The translations under genes and the position numbers were made by a program. A DNA stretch of 55,277 nucleotides from Nemertoderma westbladi (taxonomy: Eukaryota > Animalia > Xenacoelomorpha), in assembly GCA_032718475.1 (NCBI GenBank), contig JAUCBJ010005493.1, positions 1-55,277 on the forward strand, given 5' to 3'. Under the pieces are notes generated by a model, which had not been told where the DNA came from, searched no databases, and worked only from the letters and a program-made list of their open reading frames with translations. This document shows, piece by piece, positions 12,425 to 27,185 of this stretch (position 1 is the stretch's first letter; each line of letters begins with the position of its first letter).

Positions 12425-13817
12425 CTGGAAAGCAATCCAAAAATAACATTTGAGTGACAATTTTCTGAGTAATATATCTAGTGTTGCAAAAGTACCTAAT
12501 GATATTAGTAGTTTATATTATATTGTTAATAGAAACGGTTCTTACTTTAAATTGCCTTGCTTTACTTCAATTAATTTCCTTTGCTTTACTATCTCAATAT
12601 TAAGTAAAGTTCGGTAAGATTAGGATTTCATATTTTTTTAATTTTAATTTATCATCGGACTTACGCCTCCAGCGGCTATATTAAAATCTTGTTAAATTAA
12701 AGATAAAAACAGATTAATTATACATTTTAAATATAAAACAATTGAATAAATGGCAAAGAAAGATGCCCCAAAGAGCTAAATCTAAAAAGTGTATTCCCGA
12801 TAGGAGAGTCCACCAGCCCAAAAAGGTACCTTATAAAAATATTTAATTAATATTAAAGTATTCCAACACTCGTGAATGCTTTTATTTAAAATTCAAACTT
12901 AACACGATATATGTAAACTTAATAAACGACAGTTACATTAGTATTGTTGGAACTCCCGGCCTTATTTCGGATTTAACCGATATGGAGGGATATTGACATT
13001 TACTTATCGGCCTAAGATAATTAGATTTATATCCCTTATTTATGGCCCCTTTGTACAATTATCGTTACTATTCGCTCGTCAAATAATCCATTTCTGGGAA
13101 AATAAAGCGGTGCTTGTTTTCCAGTTATTGTTTGATATTATTGAGGTTGTTATTGACAACATCGCTTTGGCTACTCTATTTACAACCAGATGTGGAACAT
13201 TAACGAACGTGAGCGAATGTGTATTAATTCTATCTGTTATGAATGCAACATCCCGCGAGTTGGAGTTCTACCGTGTTGCACATTCTCTTACATACTCTAG
13301 AATTTGTAATATTATTATTTACTGGAATACGTTAGTAATTTAATAGGTGATATTATTACAGCCGAAGTCCTAAATGTGTTCTTTGAAAATGTTCACCCAG
13401 AGGATACAATCACTCCAATTACAGCCGAAGGTCCCTCTAAAAGTTTTTATCTCGGAATCGTCAACCAATTTTCTGTGACTTCTGCTTTAAAGATAATCTC
13501 AAATATACTTGAGGTACATAGTGTCACATGTTCTAGGCGTTTGTGAGATAATTGTAGGGAAGGTCTGGGTCCGGCCCATGTTACACTCTTTGGCATGTGA
13601 TTAATTTGCATACTAAAATGCATACTAATTTGTATATAAACAAATTGTATACAAAACCTTGAATTGAAATGTAGACATTTATTTGTATACAAAAAAGTTG
13701 CATCCAAAATTTGTATACATAATTTCGTATCCAAATAAATGTGTCTCGTGTATCGCAACATTTTTTTACAGAAACTAAAATACTAATACATGACTGAGAC
13801 TGCTCATTGCTACTTAC

Positions 13818-14480
13818 CGTCTATTCCATAACCGTGGTAACAACCGTAATACATTTTATCACCGGTATGATAAGCGGTTAGATCGGAGTTTTCGGTGAGA
13901 AGTTTCCCTTTGGGGGGCGGGTTGGGTACGTCGGTGCACGGTATCGGAAGCTTCTCGCAGACGTAGTCCAGTCGGGGGGCCCACTCCGCCTCGTTGGTGC
14001 ACTGGATCTCGTTGGCCGCGTTGCCGCCGACGCGCGACCCCGGTTGGCAACCGAAGACTATCGTGTCTCCCGGCAGATAGTCGGTCGACTTTATCCCCGA
14101 CACGTAGACTCCATCGCGATGGGGTACCGGAGGTTTCGGACAAGGTTTCACTTTTTTCTCGCAACGATAATCCAAAACTTTTGTCCACCGGTTTCCCGGC
14201 ATGCAGGTCGAAGATGTTTTGTCCACCAAAACAGGAAAGTCTGACGGACCGTAGAGCATTTGATATCCTTCTGGGCAGAAGTAAGTCACGGCGTCACCCT
14301 CTACGAAAGACGCCCCTTGTTGTGTAGCTGATTTCTCGAAGTACGATAAGGGGTGTTTCGGCGCTTCAGGGTTTAAAGTGCATTCTTGACGTTCTAAATA
14401 GCATTTCATATTCACAAAAGCAGGTTCGAATTTGTGATCTAGCTGACATGTGACAGACACCTTTTGTGATGGCGGTATAC
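13818..14480 (-). CDS. Exon (phase 1-1), Sushi/CCP repeats
   Basis: Acceptor gtccttgcag, donor G|GTAAGT. Motifs YFCPEGY...CMPGNRW and FGCQPGS...CTNEAEW. Confidence 0.9.
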
Positions 14481-14732
14481 CTGCAAGGACGAACATATGC
14501 CAAAATGGGATTACATTGTATTAGTTTACTCACGCCGTCACGCGTGGAATTGTGTAATTTGATATAGAATTCATTTAATTGCATTGCATTCCATTTCATT
14601 TTTTCCTTACGCGCAACACAACTAATATCGCGCATATTCACCAACGATATTAATGAACAATGTTACATAATTATCAAATAAGGGAAATAATTATATAAGG
14701 TTACAGTGAAACGTTATTCTAACATAATCCAA

Positions 14733-17700
14733 CAAAAGAGACCCTGTAGTAATAGTTATTCACTTACTCGTATACCCCTTCTACCAAAAGAGACCCTGTA
14801 GTAATAGTTATTCACTTACTCGTATACCCCTTCTACCAAAAGAGACCATGTAGTAATAGTTATTCACTTACTCGTATACCCCTTCTACCAAAAGAGACCA
14901 TGTAGTAATAGTTATTCACTTACTCGTATACCCCTTCTACTGTACCAAAAGAGACCATGTAGTAATAGTTATTCACTTACTTGTATACCCCTTCTACCAA
15001 AAGAGACCATGTAGTATTAGTTATTCACTTACTCGTATACCCCTTCTACCAAAAGAGACCATGTAGTAATAGTTATTCACTTACTTGTATACCCCTTCTA
15101 CCAAAAGAGACCCTGTAGTATTAGTTATTCACTTACTCGTATACCCCTTCTACCAAAAGAGACCATGTAGTAATAGTTATTCACTTACTTGTATACCCCT
15201 TCTACCAAAAGAGACCCTGTAGTATTAGTTATTCACTTACTCGTATACCCCTTCTACCAAAAGAGACCATGTAGTAATAGTTATTCACTTACTTGTATAC
15301 CCCTTCTACCAAAAGAGACCCTGTAGTATTAGTTATTCACTTACTCGTATACCCCTTCTACCAAAAGAGACCATGTAGTATTAGTTATTCACTTACTCGT
15401 ATACCCCTTCTACCAAAAGAGACCATGTAGTAATAGTTATTCACTTACTTGTATACCCCTTCTACCAAAAGAGACCCTGTAGTATTAGTTATTCACTTAC
15501 TCGTATACCCCTTCTACCAAAAGAGACCCTGTAGTAATAGTTATTCACTTACTCGTATACCCCTTCTACCAAAAGAGACCATGTAGTTATTCACTTACTC
15601 GTATACCCCTTCTACCAAAAGAGACCCTGTAGTATTAGTTATTCACTTACTCGTATACCCCTTCTACCAAAAGAGACCCTGTAGTATTAGTTATTCACTT
15701 ACTCGTATACCCCTTCTACCAAAAGAGACCCTGTAGTATTAGTTATTCACTTACTCGTATACCCCTTCTACCAAAAGAGACCCTGTAGTAATAGTTATTC
15801 ACTTACTCGTATACCCCTTCTACCAAAAGAGACCATGTAGTAATAGTTATTCACTTACTCATATACCCCTTCTACCAAAAGAGACCATGTAGTAATAGTT
15901 ATTCACTTACTCGTATACCCCTTCTACCAAAAGAGACCATGTAGTAATAGTTATTCACTTACTCGTATACCCCTTCTACCAAAAGAGACCATGTAGTTAT
16001 TCACTTACTCGTATACCCCTTCTACCAAAAGAGACCATGTAGTAATAGTTATTCACTTACTCGTATACCCCTTCTACCAAAAGAGACCCTGTAGTAATAG
16101 TTATTCACTTACTCGTATACCCCTTCTACCAAAAGAGACCATGTAGTAATAGTTATTCACTTACTCGTATACCCCTTCTACCAAAAGAGACCATGTAGTT
16201 ATTCACTTACTCGTATACCCCTTCTACCAAAAGAGACCATGTAGTAATAGTTATTCACTTACTCGTATACCCCTTCTACCAAAAGAGACCATGTAGTAAT
16301 AGTTATTCACTTATTCGTATACCCCTTCTACCAAAAGAGACCATGTAGTTATTCACTTACTCGTATACCCCTTCTACCAAAAGAGACCATGTAGTAATAG
16401 TTATTCACTTACTCGTATACCCCTTCTACCAAAAGAGACCCTGTAGTAATAGTTATTCACTTACTCGTATACCCCTTCTACCAAAAGAGACCCTGTAGTA
16501 ATAGTTATTCACTTACTCGTATACCCCTTCTACTGTACCAAAAGAGACCATGTAGTAATAGTTATTCACTTACTCGTATACCCCGTCTACCAAAAGAGAC
16601 CCTGTAGTAATAGTTATTCACTTACTCGTATACCCCTTCTACCAAAAGAGACCATGTAGTAATAGTTATTCACTTACTCGTATACCCCGTCTACCAAAAG
16701 AGACCCTGTAGTAATAGTTATTCACTTACTCGTATACCCCTTCTACCAAAAGAGACCCTGTAGTAATAGTTATTCACTTACTCGTATACCCCTTCTACCA
16801 AAAGAGACCATGTAGTTATTCACTTACTCGTATACCCCTTCTACCAAAAGAGACCATGTAGTAATAGTTATTCACTTACTCGTATACCCCGTCTACCAAA
16901 AGAGACCATGTAGTAATAGTTATTCACTTACTCGTATACCCCTTCTACCAAAAGAGACCATGTAGTTATTCACTTACTCGTATACCCCTTCTACCAAAAG
17001 AGACCATGTAGTTATTCACTTACTCGTATACCCCGTCTACCAAAAGAGACCATGTAGTAATAGTTATTCACTTACTCGTATACCCCTTCTACCAAAAGAG
17101 ACCATGTAGTAATAGTTATTCACTTACTCGTATACCCCTTCTACCAAAAGAGACCATGTAGTTATTCACTTACTCGTATACCCCTTCTACCAAAAGAGAC
17201 CCTGTAGTAATAGTTATTCACTTACTCGTATACCCCTTCTACCAAAAGAGACCATGTAGTAATAGTTATTCACTTACTCGTATACCCCTTCTACCAAAAG
17301 AGACCCTGTAGTAATAGTTATTCACTTACTCGTATACCCCTTCTACCAAAAGAGACCATGTAGTAATAGTTATTCACTTACTCGTATACCCCTTCTACCA
17401 AAAGAGACCCTGTAGTAATAGTTATTCACTTACTCGTATACCCCTTCTACCAAAAGAGACCATGTAGTTATTCACTTACTCGTATACCCCTTCTACCAAA
17501 AGAGACCATGTAGTAATAGTTATTCACTTACTCGTATACCCCTTCTACCAAAAGAGACCCTGTAGTAATAGTTATTCACTTACTCGTATACCCCTTCTAC
17601 CAAAAGAGACCATGTAGTAATAGTTATTCACTTACTCGTATACCCCTTCTACCAAAAGAGACCCTGTAGTAATAGTTATTCACTTACTCGTATACCCCTT

Positions 17701-20700
17701 CTACCAAAAGAGACCCTGTAGTAACAGTTATTCACTTACTCGTATACCCCTTCTACCAAAAGAGACCCTGTAGTAATAGTTATTCACTTACTCGTATACC
17801 CCTTCTACCAAAAGAGACCATGTAGTTATTCACTTACTCGTATACCCCTTCTACCAAAAGAGACCCTGTAGTAATAGTTATTCACTTACTCGTATACCCC
17901 GTCTACCAAAAGAGACCCTGTAGTAATAGTTATTCACTTACTCGTATACCCCTTCTACCAAAAGAGACCATGTAGTAATAGTTATTCACTTACTCGTATA
18001 CCCCTTCTACCAAAAGAGACCATGTAGTAATAGTTATTCACTTACTCGTATACCCCTTCTACCAAAAAGAGACCATGTAGTAATAGTTATTCACTTACTC
18101 GTATACCCCTTCTACCAAAAGAGACCATGTAGTAATAGTTATTCACTTACTCGTATACCCCTTCTACCAAAAGAGACCCTGTAGTAATAGTTATTCACTT
18201 ACTCGTATACCCCTTCTACCAAAAGAGACCCTGTAGTAACAGTTATTCACTTACTCGTATACCCCTTCTACCAAAAGAGACCCTGTAGTAATAGTTATTC
18301 ACTTACTCGTATACCCCTTCTACCAAAAGAGACCATGTAGTAATAGTTATTCACTTACTCGTATACCCCTTCTACCAAAAGAGACCATGTAGTAATAGTT
18401 ATTCACTTACTCGTATACCCCTTCTACCAAAAGAGACCATGTAGTTATTCACTTACTCGTATACCCCTTCTACCAAAAAAGACCATGTAGTAATAGTTAT
18501 TCACTTACTCGTATACCCCTTCTACCAAAAGAGACCATGTAGTAATAGTTATTCACTTACTCGTATACCCCTTCTACCAAAAAGAGACCCTGTAGTAATA
18601 GTTATTCACTTACTCGTATACCCCTTCTACCAAAAGAGACCCTGTAGTAACAGTTATTCACTTACTCGTATACCCCTTCTACCAAAAGAGACCCTGTAGT
18701 AATAGTTATTCACTTACTCGTATACCCCTTCTACCAAAAGAGACCATGTAGTAATAGTTATTCACTTACTCGTATACCCCTTCTACCAAAAGAGACCCTG
18801 TAGTAATAGTTATTCACTTACTCGTATACCCCTTCTACCAAAAGAGACCCTGTAGTAACAGTTATTCACTTACTCGTATACCCCTTCTACCAAAAGAGAC
18901 CCTGTAGTAATAGTTATTCACTTACTCGTATACCCCTTCTACCAAAAGAGACCCTGTAGTAACAGTTATTCACTTACTCGTATACCCCTTCTACCAAAAG
19001 AGACCCTGTAGTAATAGTTATTCACTTACTCGTATACCCCTTCTACCAAAAGAGACCCTGTAGTAATAGTTATTCATTTACTCGTATACCCCTTCTACCA
19101 AAAGAGACCCTGTAGTAATAGTTATTCACTTACTCGTATACCCCTTCTACCAAAAGAGACCCTGTAGTATTAGTTATTCACTTACTCGTATACCCCTTCT
19201 ACCAAAAGAGACCCTGTAGTAATAGTTATTCACTTACTCGTATACCCCTTCTACCAAAAGAGACCATGTAGTTATTCACTTACTCGTATACCCCTTCTAC
19301 CAAAAGAGACCATGTAGTAATAGTTATTCACTTACTCGTATACCCCTTCTACCAAAAGAGACCATGTAGTAATAGTTATTCACTTACTCGTATACCCCTT
19401 CTACCAAAAGAGACCATGTAGTAATAGTTATTCACTTACTCGTATACCCCTTCTACCAAAAGAGACCATGTAGTAATAGTTATTCACTTACTCGTATACC
19501 CCTTCTACCAAAAGAGACCATGTAGTAATAGTTATTCACTTACTCGTATACCCCTTCTACCAAAAGAGACCATGTAGTAATAGTTATTCACTTACTCGTA
19601 TACCCCTTCTACTGTACCAAAAGAGACCATGTAGTAATAGTTATTCACTTACTCGTATACCCCTTCTACCAAAAGAGACCCTGTAGTAACAGTTATTCAC
19701 TTACTCGTATACCCCTTCTACCAAAAGAGACCCTGTAGCTGTAGTAACAGTTATTCACTTACTCGTATACCCCTTCTACCAAAAGAGACCCTGTAGTAAT
19801 AGTTATTCACTTACTCGTATACCCCTTCTACCAAAAGAGACCATGTAGTAATAGTTATTCACTTACTCGTATACCCCTTCTACCAAAAGAGACCCTGTAG
19901 TAACAGTTATTTACTTACTCGTATACCCCTTCTACCAAAAGAGACCCTGTAGTAATAGTTATTCACTTACTCGTATACCCCTTCTACCAAAAGAGACCAT
20001 GTAGTAATAGTTATTCACTTACTCGTATACCCCTTCTACCAAAAGAGACCATGTAGTAATAGTTATTCACTTACTCGTATACCCCTTCTACCAAAAGAGA
20101 CCCTGTAGTAATAGTTATTCACTTACTCGTATACCCCTTCTACCAAAAGAGACCATGTAGTAATAGTTATTCACTTACTCGTATACCCCTTCTACCAAAA
20201 GAGACCCTGTAGTAATAGTTATTCACTTACTCGTATACCCCTTCTACCAAAAGAGACCATGTAGTAATAGTCATTCACTTACTCGTATACCCCTTCTACT
20301 GTACCAAAAGAGACCATGTAGTAATAGTTATTCACTTACTCGTATACCCCGTCTACCAAAAGAGACCCTGTAGTAATAGTTATTCACTTACTCGTATACC
20401 CCTTCTACCAAAAGAGACCCTGTAGTAATAGTTATTCACTTACTCGTATACCCCTTCTACTGTACCAAAAGAGACCATGTAGTAATAGTTATTCACTTAC
20501 TCGTATACCCCTTCTACTGTACCAAAAGAGACCATGTAGTAATAGTTATTCACTTACTCGTATACCCCGTCTACCAAAAGAGACTCTGTAGTAATAGTTA
20601 TTCACTTACTCGTATACCCCTTCTACTGTACCAAAAGAGACCATGTAGTAATAGTTATTCACTTACTCGTATACCCCTTCTACCAAAAGAGACCATGTAG

Positions 20701-23700
20701 TAATAGTTATTCACTTACTCGTATACCCCTTCTACCAAAAGAGACCCTGTAGTAATAGTTATTCACTTACTCGTATACCCCTTCTACCAAAAGAGACCCT
20801 GTAGTAACAGTTATTCACTTACTCGTATACCCCTTCTACCAAAAGAGACCCTGTAGTAATAGTTATTCACTTACTCGTATACCCCTTCTACCAAAAGAGA
20901 CCCTGTAGTAACAGTTATTCACTTACTCGTATACCCCTTCTACCAAAAGAGACCCTGTAGTAATAGTTATTCACTTACTCGTATACCCCTTCTACCAAAA
21001 GAGACCCTGTAGTAATAGTTATTCACTTACTCGTATACCCCTTCTACCAAAAGAGACCCTGTAGTAATAGTTATTCACTTACTCGTATACCCCTTCTACC
21101 AAAAGAGACCCTGTAGTAACAGTTATTCACTTACTCGTATACCCCTTCTACCAAAAGAGACCCTGTAGTAATAGTTATTCACTTACTCGTATACCCCTTC
21201 TACCAAAAGAGACCATGTAGTTATTCACTTACTCGTATACCCCTTCTACCAAAAGAGACCCTGTAGTAATAGTTATTCACTTACTCGTATACCCCTTCTA
21301 CCAAAAGAGACCATGTAGTTATTCACTTACTCGTATACCCCTTCTACCAAAAGAGACCATGTAGTAATAGTTATTCACTTACTCGTATACCCCTTCTACC
21401 AAAAGAGACCATGTAGTAATAGTTATTCACTTACTCGTATACCCCTTCTACCAAAAGAGACCATGTAGTAATAGTTATTCACTTACTCGTATACCCCTTC
21501 TACCAAAAGAGACCCTGTAGTAATAGTTATTCACTTACTCGTATACCCCTTCTACCAAAAGAGACCCTGTAGTAACAGTTATTCACTTACTCGTATACCC
21601 CTTCTACCAAAAGAGACCCTGTAGCTGTAGTAACAGTTATTCACTTACTCGTATACCCCTTCTACCAAAAGAGACCCTGTAGTAATAGTTATTCACTTAC
21701 TCGTATACCCCTTCTACCAAAAGAGACCATGTAGTAATAGTTATTCACTTACTCGTATACCCCTTCTACCAAAAGAGACCATGTAGTAATAGTCATTCAC
21801 TTACTCGTATACCCCTTCTACTGTACCAAAAGAGACCATGTAGTAATAGTTATTCACTTACTCGTATACCCCCGTCTACCAAAAGAGACCCTGTAGTAAT
21901 AGTTATTCACTTACTCGTATACCCCTTCTACCAAAAGAGACCCTGTAGTAATAGTTATTCACTTACTCGTATACCCCTTCTACTGTACCAAAAGAGACCA
22001 TGTAGTAATAGTTATTCACTTACTCGTATACCCCGTCTACCAAAAGAGACTCTGTAGTAATAGTTATTCACTTACTCGTATACCCCTTCTACTGTACCAA
22101 AAGAGACCATGTAGTAATAGTTATTCACTTACTCGTATACCCCGTCTACCAAAAGAGACTCTGTAGTAATAGTTATTCACTTACTCGTATACCCCTTCTA
22201 CTGTACCAAAAGAGACCATGTAGTAATAGTTATTCACTTACTCGTATACCCCGTCTACCAAAAGAGACCCTGTAGTAATAGTTATTCACTTACTCGTATA
22301 CCCCTTCTACTGTACCAAAAGAGACCATGTAGTAATAGTTATTCACTTACTCGTATACCCCTTCTACCAAAAGAGACCATGTAGTAATAGTTATTCACTT
22401 ACTCGTATACCCCTTCTACCAAAAGAGACCCTGTAGTAATAGTTATTCACTTACTCGTATACCCCGTCTACCAAAAGAGACCATGTAGTAATAGTTATTC
22501 ACTTACTCGTATACCCCTTCTACTGTACCAAAAGAGACCATGTAGTAATAGTTATTCACTTACTCGTATACCCCGTCTACCAAAAGAGACCCTGTAGTAA
22601 TAGTTATTCACTTACTCGTATACCCCTTCTACTGTACCAAAAGAGACCATGTAGTAATAGTTATTCACTTACTCGTATACCCCTTCTACCAAAAGAGACC
22701 ATGTAGTAATAGTTATTCACTTACTCGTATACCCCTTCTACCAAAAGAGACCCTGTAGTAATAGTTATTCACTTACTCGTATACCCCGTCTACCAAAAGA
22801 GACCATGTAGTAATAGTTATTCACTTACTCGTATACCCCTTCTACTGTACCAAAAGAGACCATGTAGTAATAGTTATTCACTTACTCGTATACCCCTTCT
22901 ACCAAAAGAGACCCTGTAGTAATAGTTATTCACTTACTCGTATACCCCTTCTACCAAAAGAGACCATGTAGTAATAGTTATTCACTTACTCGTATACCCC
23001 GTCTACCAAAAGAGACCATGTAGTAATAGTTATTCACTTACTCGTATACCCCTTCTACCAAAAGAGACCATGTAGTAATAGTTATTCACTTACTCGTATA
23101 CCCCTTCTACCAAAAGAGACCATGTAGTAATAGTTATTCACTTACTCGTATACCCCTTCTACCAAAAGAGACCCTGTAGTAACAGTTATTCACTTACTCG
23201 TATACCCCTTCTACCAAAAGAGACCATGTAGTAATAGTTATTCACTTACTCGTATACCCCTTCTACCAAAAGAGACCATGTAGTAATAGTTATTCACTTA
23301 CTCGTATACCCCTTCTACCAAAAGAGACCATGTAGTAATAGTTATTCACTTACTCGTATACCCCTTCTACCAAAAGAGACCCTGTAGTAATAGTTATTCA
23401 CTTACTCGTATACCCCTTCTACCAAAAGAGACCATGTAGTAATAGTTATTCACTTACTCGTATACCCCTTCTACCAAAAGAGACCATGTAGTAATAGTTA
23501 TTCACTTACTCGTATACCCCTTCTACCAAAAGAGACCATGTAGTAATAGTTATTCACTTACTCGTATACCCCTTCTACCAAAAGAGACCATGTAGTAATA
23601 GTTATTCACTTACTCGTATACCCCTTCTACCAAAAGAGACCATGTAGTAATAGTTATTCACTTACTCGTATACCCCTTCTACCAAAAGAGACCCTGTAGT

Positions 23701-26700
23701 AATAGTTATTCACTTACTCGTATACCCCTTCTACCAAAAGAGACCATGTAGTAATAGTTATTCACTTACTCGTATACCCCTTCTACCAAAAGAGACCATG
23801 TAGTAATAGTTATTCACTTACTCGTATACTCGTATACCCCTTCTACCAAAAGAGACCATGTAGTAATAGTTATTCACTTACTCGTATACCCCTTCTACCA
23901 AAAGAGACCATGTAGTAATAGTTATTCACTTACTCGTATACCCCTTCTACCAAAAGAGACCATGTAGTAATAGTTATTCACTTACTCGTATACCCCTTCT
24001 ACCAAAAGAGACCATGTAGTAATAGTTATTCACTTACTCGTATACCCCTTCTACCAAAAGAGACCATGTAGTAATAGTTATTCACTTACTCGTATACCCC
24101 TTCTACCAAAAGAGACCATGTAGTAATAGTTATTCACTTACTCGTATACCCCTTCTACCAAAAGAGACCCTGTAGTAATAGTTATTCACTTACTCGTATA
24201 CCCCTTCTACCAAAAGAGACCATGTAGTAATAGTTATTCACTTACTCGTATACCCCGTCTACCAAAAGAGACCCTGTAGTAATAGTTATTCACTTACTCG
24301 TATAACCCTTCTACTGTACCAAAAGAGACCCTGTAGTAATAGTCATTCACTTACTCGTATACCCCTTCTACCAAAAGAGACCATGTAGTAATAGTTATTC
24401 ACTTACTCGTATACCCCTTCTACCAAAAGAGACCATGTAGTAATAGTTATTCACTTACTCGTATACCCCTTCTACCAAAAGAGACCCTGTAGTAATAGTT
24501 ATTCACTTACTCGTATACCCCTTCTACCAAAAGAGACCATGTAGTAATAGTTATTCACTTACTCGTATACCCCTTCTACCAAAAAGAGACCCTGTAGTAA
24601 TAGTTATTCACTTACTCGTATACCCCTTTTACTGTACCAAAAGAGACCATGTAGTAATAGTTATTCACTTACTCGTATACCCCTTCTAACAAAAGAGACC
24701 CTGTAGTAATAGTTATTCACTTACTCGTATACCCCTTCTACTGTACCAAAAGAGACCATGTAGTAATAGTTATTCACTTACTCGTATACCCCTTCTACCA
24801 AAAAGAGACCCTGTAGTAATAGTTATTCACTTACTCGTATACCCCTTCTACCAAAAGAGACCATGTAGTAATAGTTATTCACTTACTCGTATACCCCTTC
24901 TACCAAAAAGAGACCCTGTAGTAATAGTTATTCACTTACTCGTATACCCCTTCTACTGTACCAAAAGAGACCATGTAGTAATAGTTATTCACTTACTCGT
25001 ATACCCCTTCTAACAAAAGAGACCATGTAGTAATAGTTATTCACTTACTCGTATACCCCTTCTACCAAAAGAGACCCTGTAGTTATTCACTTACTCGTAT
25101 ACCCCTTCTACCAAAAGAGACCCTGTAGTAATAGTTATTCACTTACTCGTATACCCCTTCTACCAAAAGAGACCATGTAGTAATAGTTATTCACTTACTC
25201 GTATACCCCTTCTACCAAAAGAGACCATGTAGTAATAGTTATTCACTTACTCGTATACCCCTTCTACCAAAAGAGACCATGTAGTAATAGTTATTCACTT
25301 ACTCGTATACCCCTTCTACCAAAAAGAGACCCTGTAGTAATAGTTATTCACTTACTCGTATACCCCTTCTACTGTACCAAAAGAGACCCTGTAGTAATAG
25401 TTATTCACTTACTCGTATACCCCTTCTACCAAAAGAGACCATGTAGTAATAGTTATTCACTTACTCGTATACCCCTTCTACCAAAAGAGACCCTGTAGTA
25501 ATAGTTATTCACTTACTCGTATACCCCTTCTACTGTACCAAAAGAGACCATGTAGTTATTCACTTACTCGTATACCCCTTCTACCAAAAGAGACCATGTA
25601 GTAATAGTTATTCACTTACTCGTATACCCCTTCTACCAAAAGAGACCATGTAGTAATAGTTATTCACTTACTCGTATACCCCTTCTACCAAAAGAGACCA
25701 TGCAGTAATAGTTATTCACTTACTCGTATACCCCTTCTACCAAAAGAGACCATGTAGTAATAGTTATTCACTTACTCGTATACCCCTTCTACCAAAAGAG
25801 ACCCTGTAGTAATAGTTATTCACTTACTCGTATACCCCTTCTACCAAAAGAGACCATGTAGTAATAGTTATTCACTTACTCGTATACCCCTTCTACCAAA
25901 AGAGACCATGTAGTAATAGTTATTCACTTACTCGTATACCCCTTCTACCAAAAAGAGACCCTGTAGTAATAGTTATTCACTTACTCGTATACCCCTTCTA
26001 CCAAAAGAGACCATGTAGTAATAGTTATTCACTTACTCGTATACCCCTTCTACCAAAAGAGACCATGTGTAATAGTTATTCACTTACTCGTATACCCCTT
26101 CTACCAAAAGAGACCATGTAGTAATAGTTATTCACTTACTCGTATACCCCTTCTACCAAAAGAGACCATGTAGTAATAGTTATTCACTTACTCGTATACC
26201 CCTTCTACCAAAAGAGACCATGTGTAATAGTTATTCACTTACTCGTATACCCCTTCTACCAAAAGAGACCCTGTAGTAATAGTTATTCACTTACTCGTAT
26301 ACCCCTTCTACTGTACCAAAAGAGACCATGTAGTAATAGTTATTCACTTACTCGTATACCCCGTCTACCAAAAGAGACCATGTAGTAATAGTTATTCACT
26401 TACTCGTATACCCCGTCTACCAAAAGAGACCATGTAGTAATAGTTATTCACTTACTCGTATACCCCGTCTACCAAAAGAGACCATGTAGTAATAGTTATT
26501 CACTTACTCGTATACCCCTTCTACCAAAAGAGACCATGTAGTTATTCACTTACTCGTATACCCCTTCTACCAAAAGAGACCCTGTAGTAATAGTTATTCT
26601 CTTACTCGTATACCCCTTCTACTGTACCAAAAGAGACCATGTAGTTATTCACTTACTCGTATACCCCTTCTACCAAAAGAGACCATGTAGTAATAGTTAT

Positions 26701-27185
26701 TCACTTACTCGTATACCCCTTCTACCAAAAGAGACCATGTAGTAATAGTTATTCACTTACTCGCATACCCCTTCTACCAAAAGAGACCATGTAGTTATTC
26801 ACTTACTCGTATACCCCTTCTACCAAAAGAGACCATGTAGTAATAGTTATTCACTTACTCGTATACCCCTTCTACCAAAAGAGACCATGTAGTAATAGTT
26901 ATTCACTTACTCGTATACCCCTTCTACCAAAAGAGACCATGTAGTAATAGTTATTCACTTACTCGTATACCCCTTCTACCAAAAGAGACCATGTAGTAAT
27001 AGTTATTCACTTACTCGTATACCCCTTCTACCAAAAGAGATCATGTAGTAATAGTTATTCACTTACTCGTATACCCCTTCTACCAAAAGAGACCATGTAG
27101 TAATAGTTATTCACTTACTCGTATACCCCTTCTACCAAAAGAGACCATGTAGTAATAGTTATTCACTTACTCGTATACCCCTTCT
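14733..27185. repeat. 12.4-kb minisatellite, about 240 copies of a 52-bp unit (46-, 53-, 57- and 58-bp variants) derived from the exon/5' splice-site junction
   Basis: Unit ctaccaaaagagacc(a/c)tgtagtaatagttattcacttactcgtatacccctt. The array runs directly into the exon at 27171-27185 and into unique intron sequence at about 14732. Confidence 0.97.

Noticed and set aside
12993-13761. 116-aa and 104-aa ORFs in intron 12425-13817
   Set aside because: AT-rich, non-ATG start or low complexity, and no motifs; possibly old repeat debris.
1539-14244. Many plus-strand and alternative-frame ORFs overlapping the CCP/LDLa exons
   Set aside because: Shadows of GC-rich coding exons with no recognisable motifs.
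14733-27185. CRISPR-like appearance of the regular repeat array
   Set aside because: Units are head-to-tail with no unique spacers, there are no cas genes, and the context is a eukaryotic intron.
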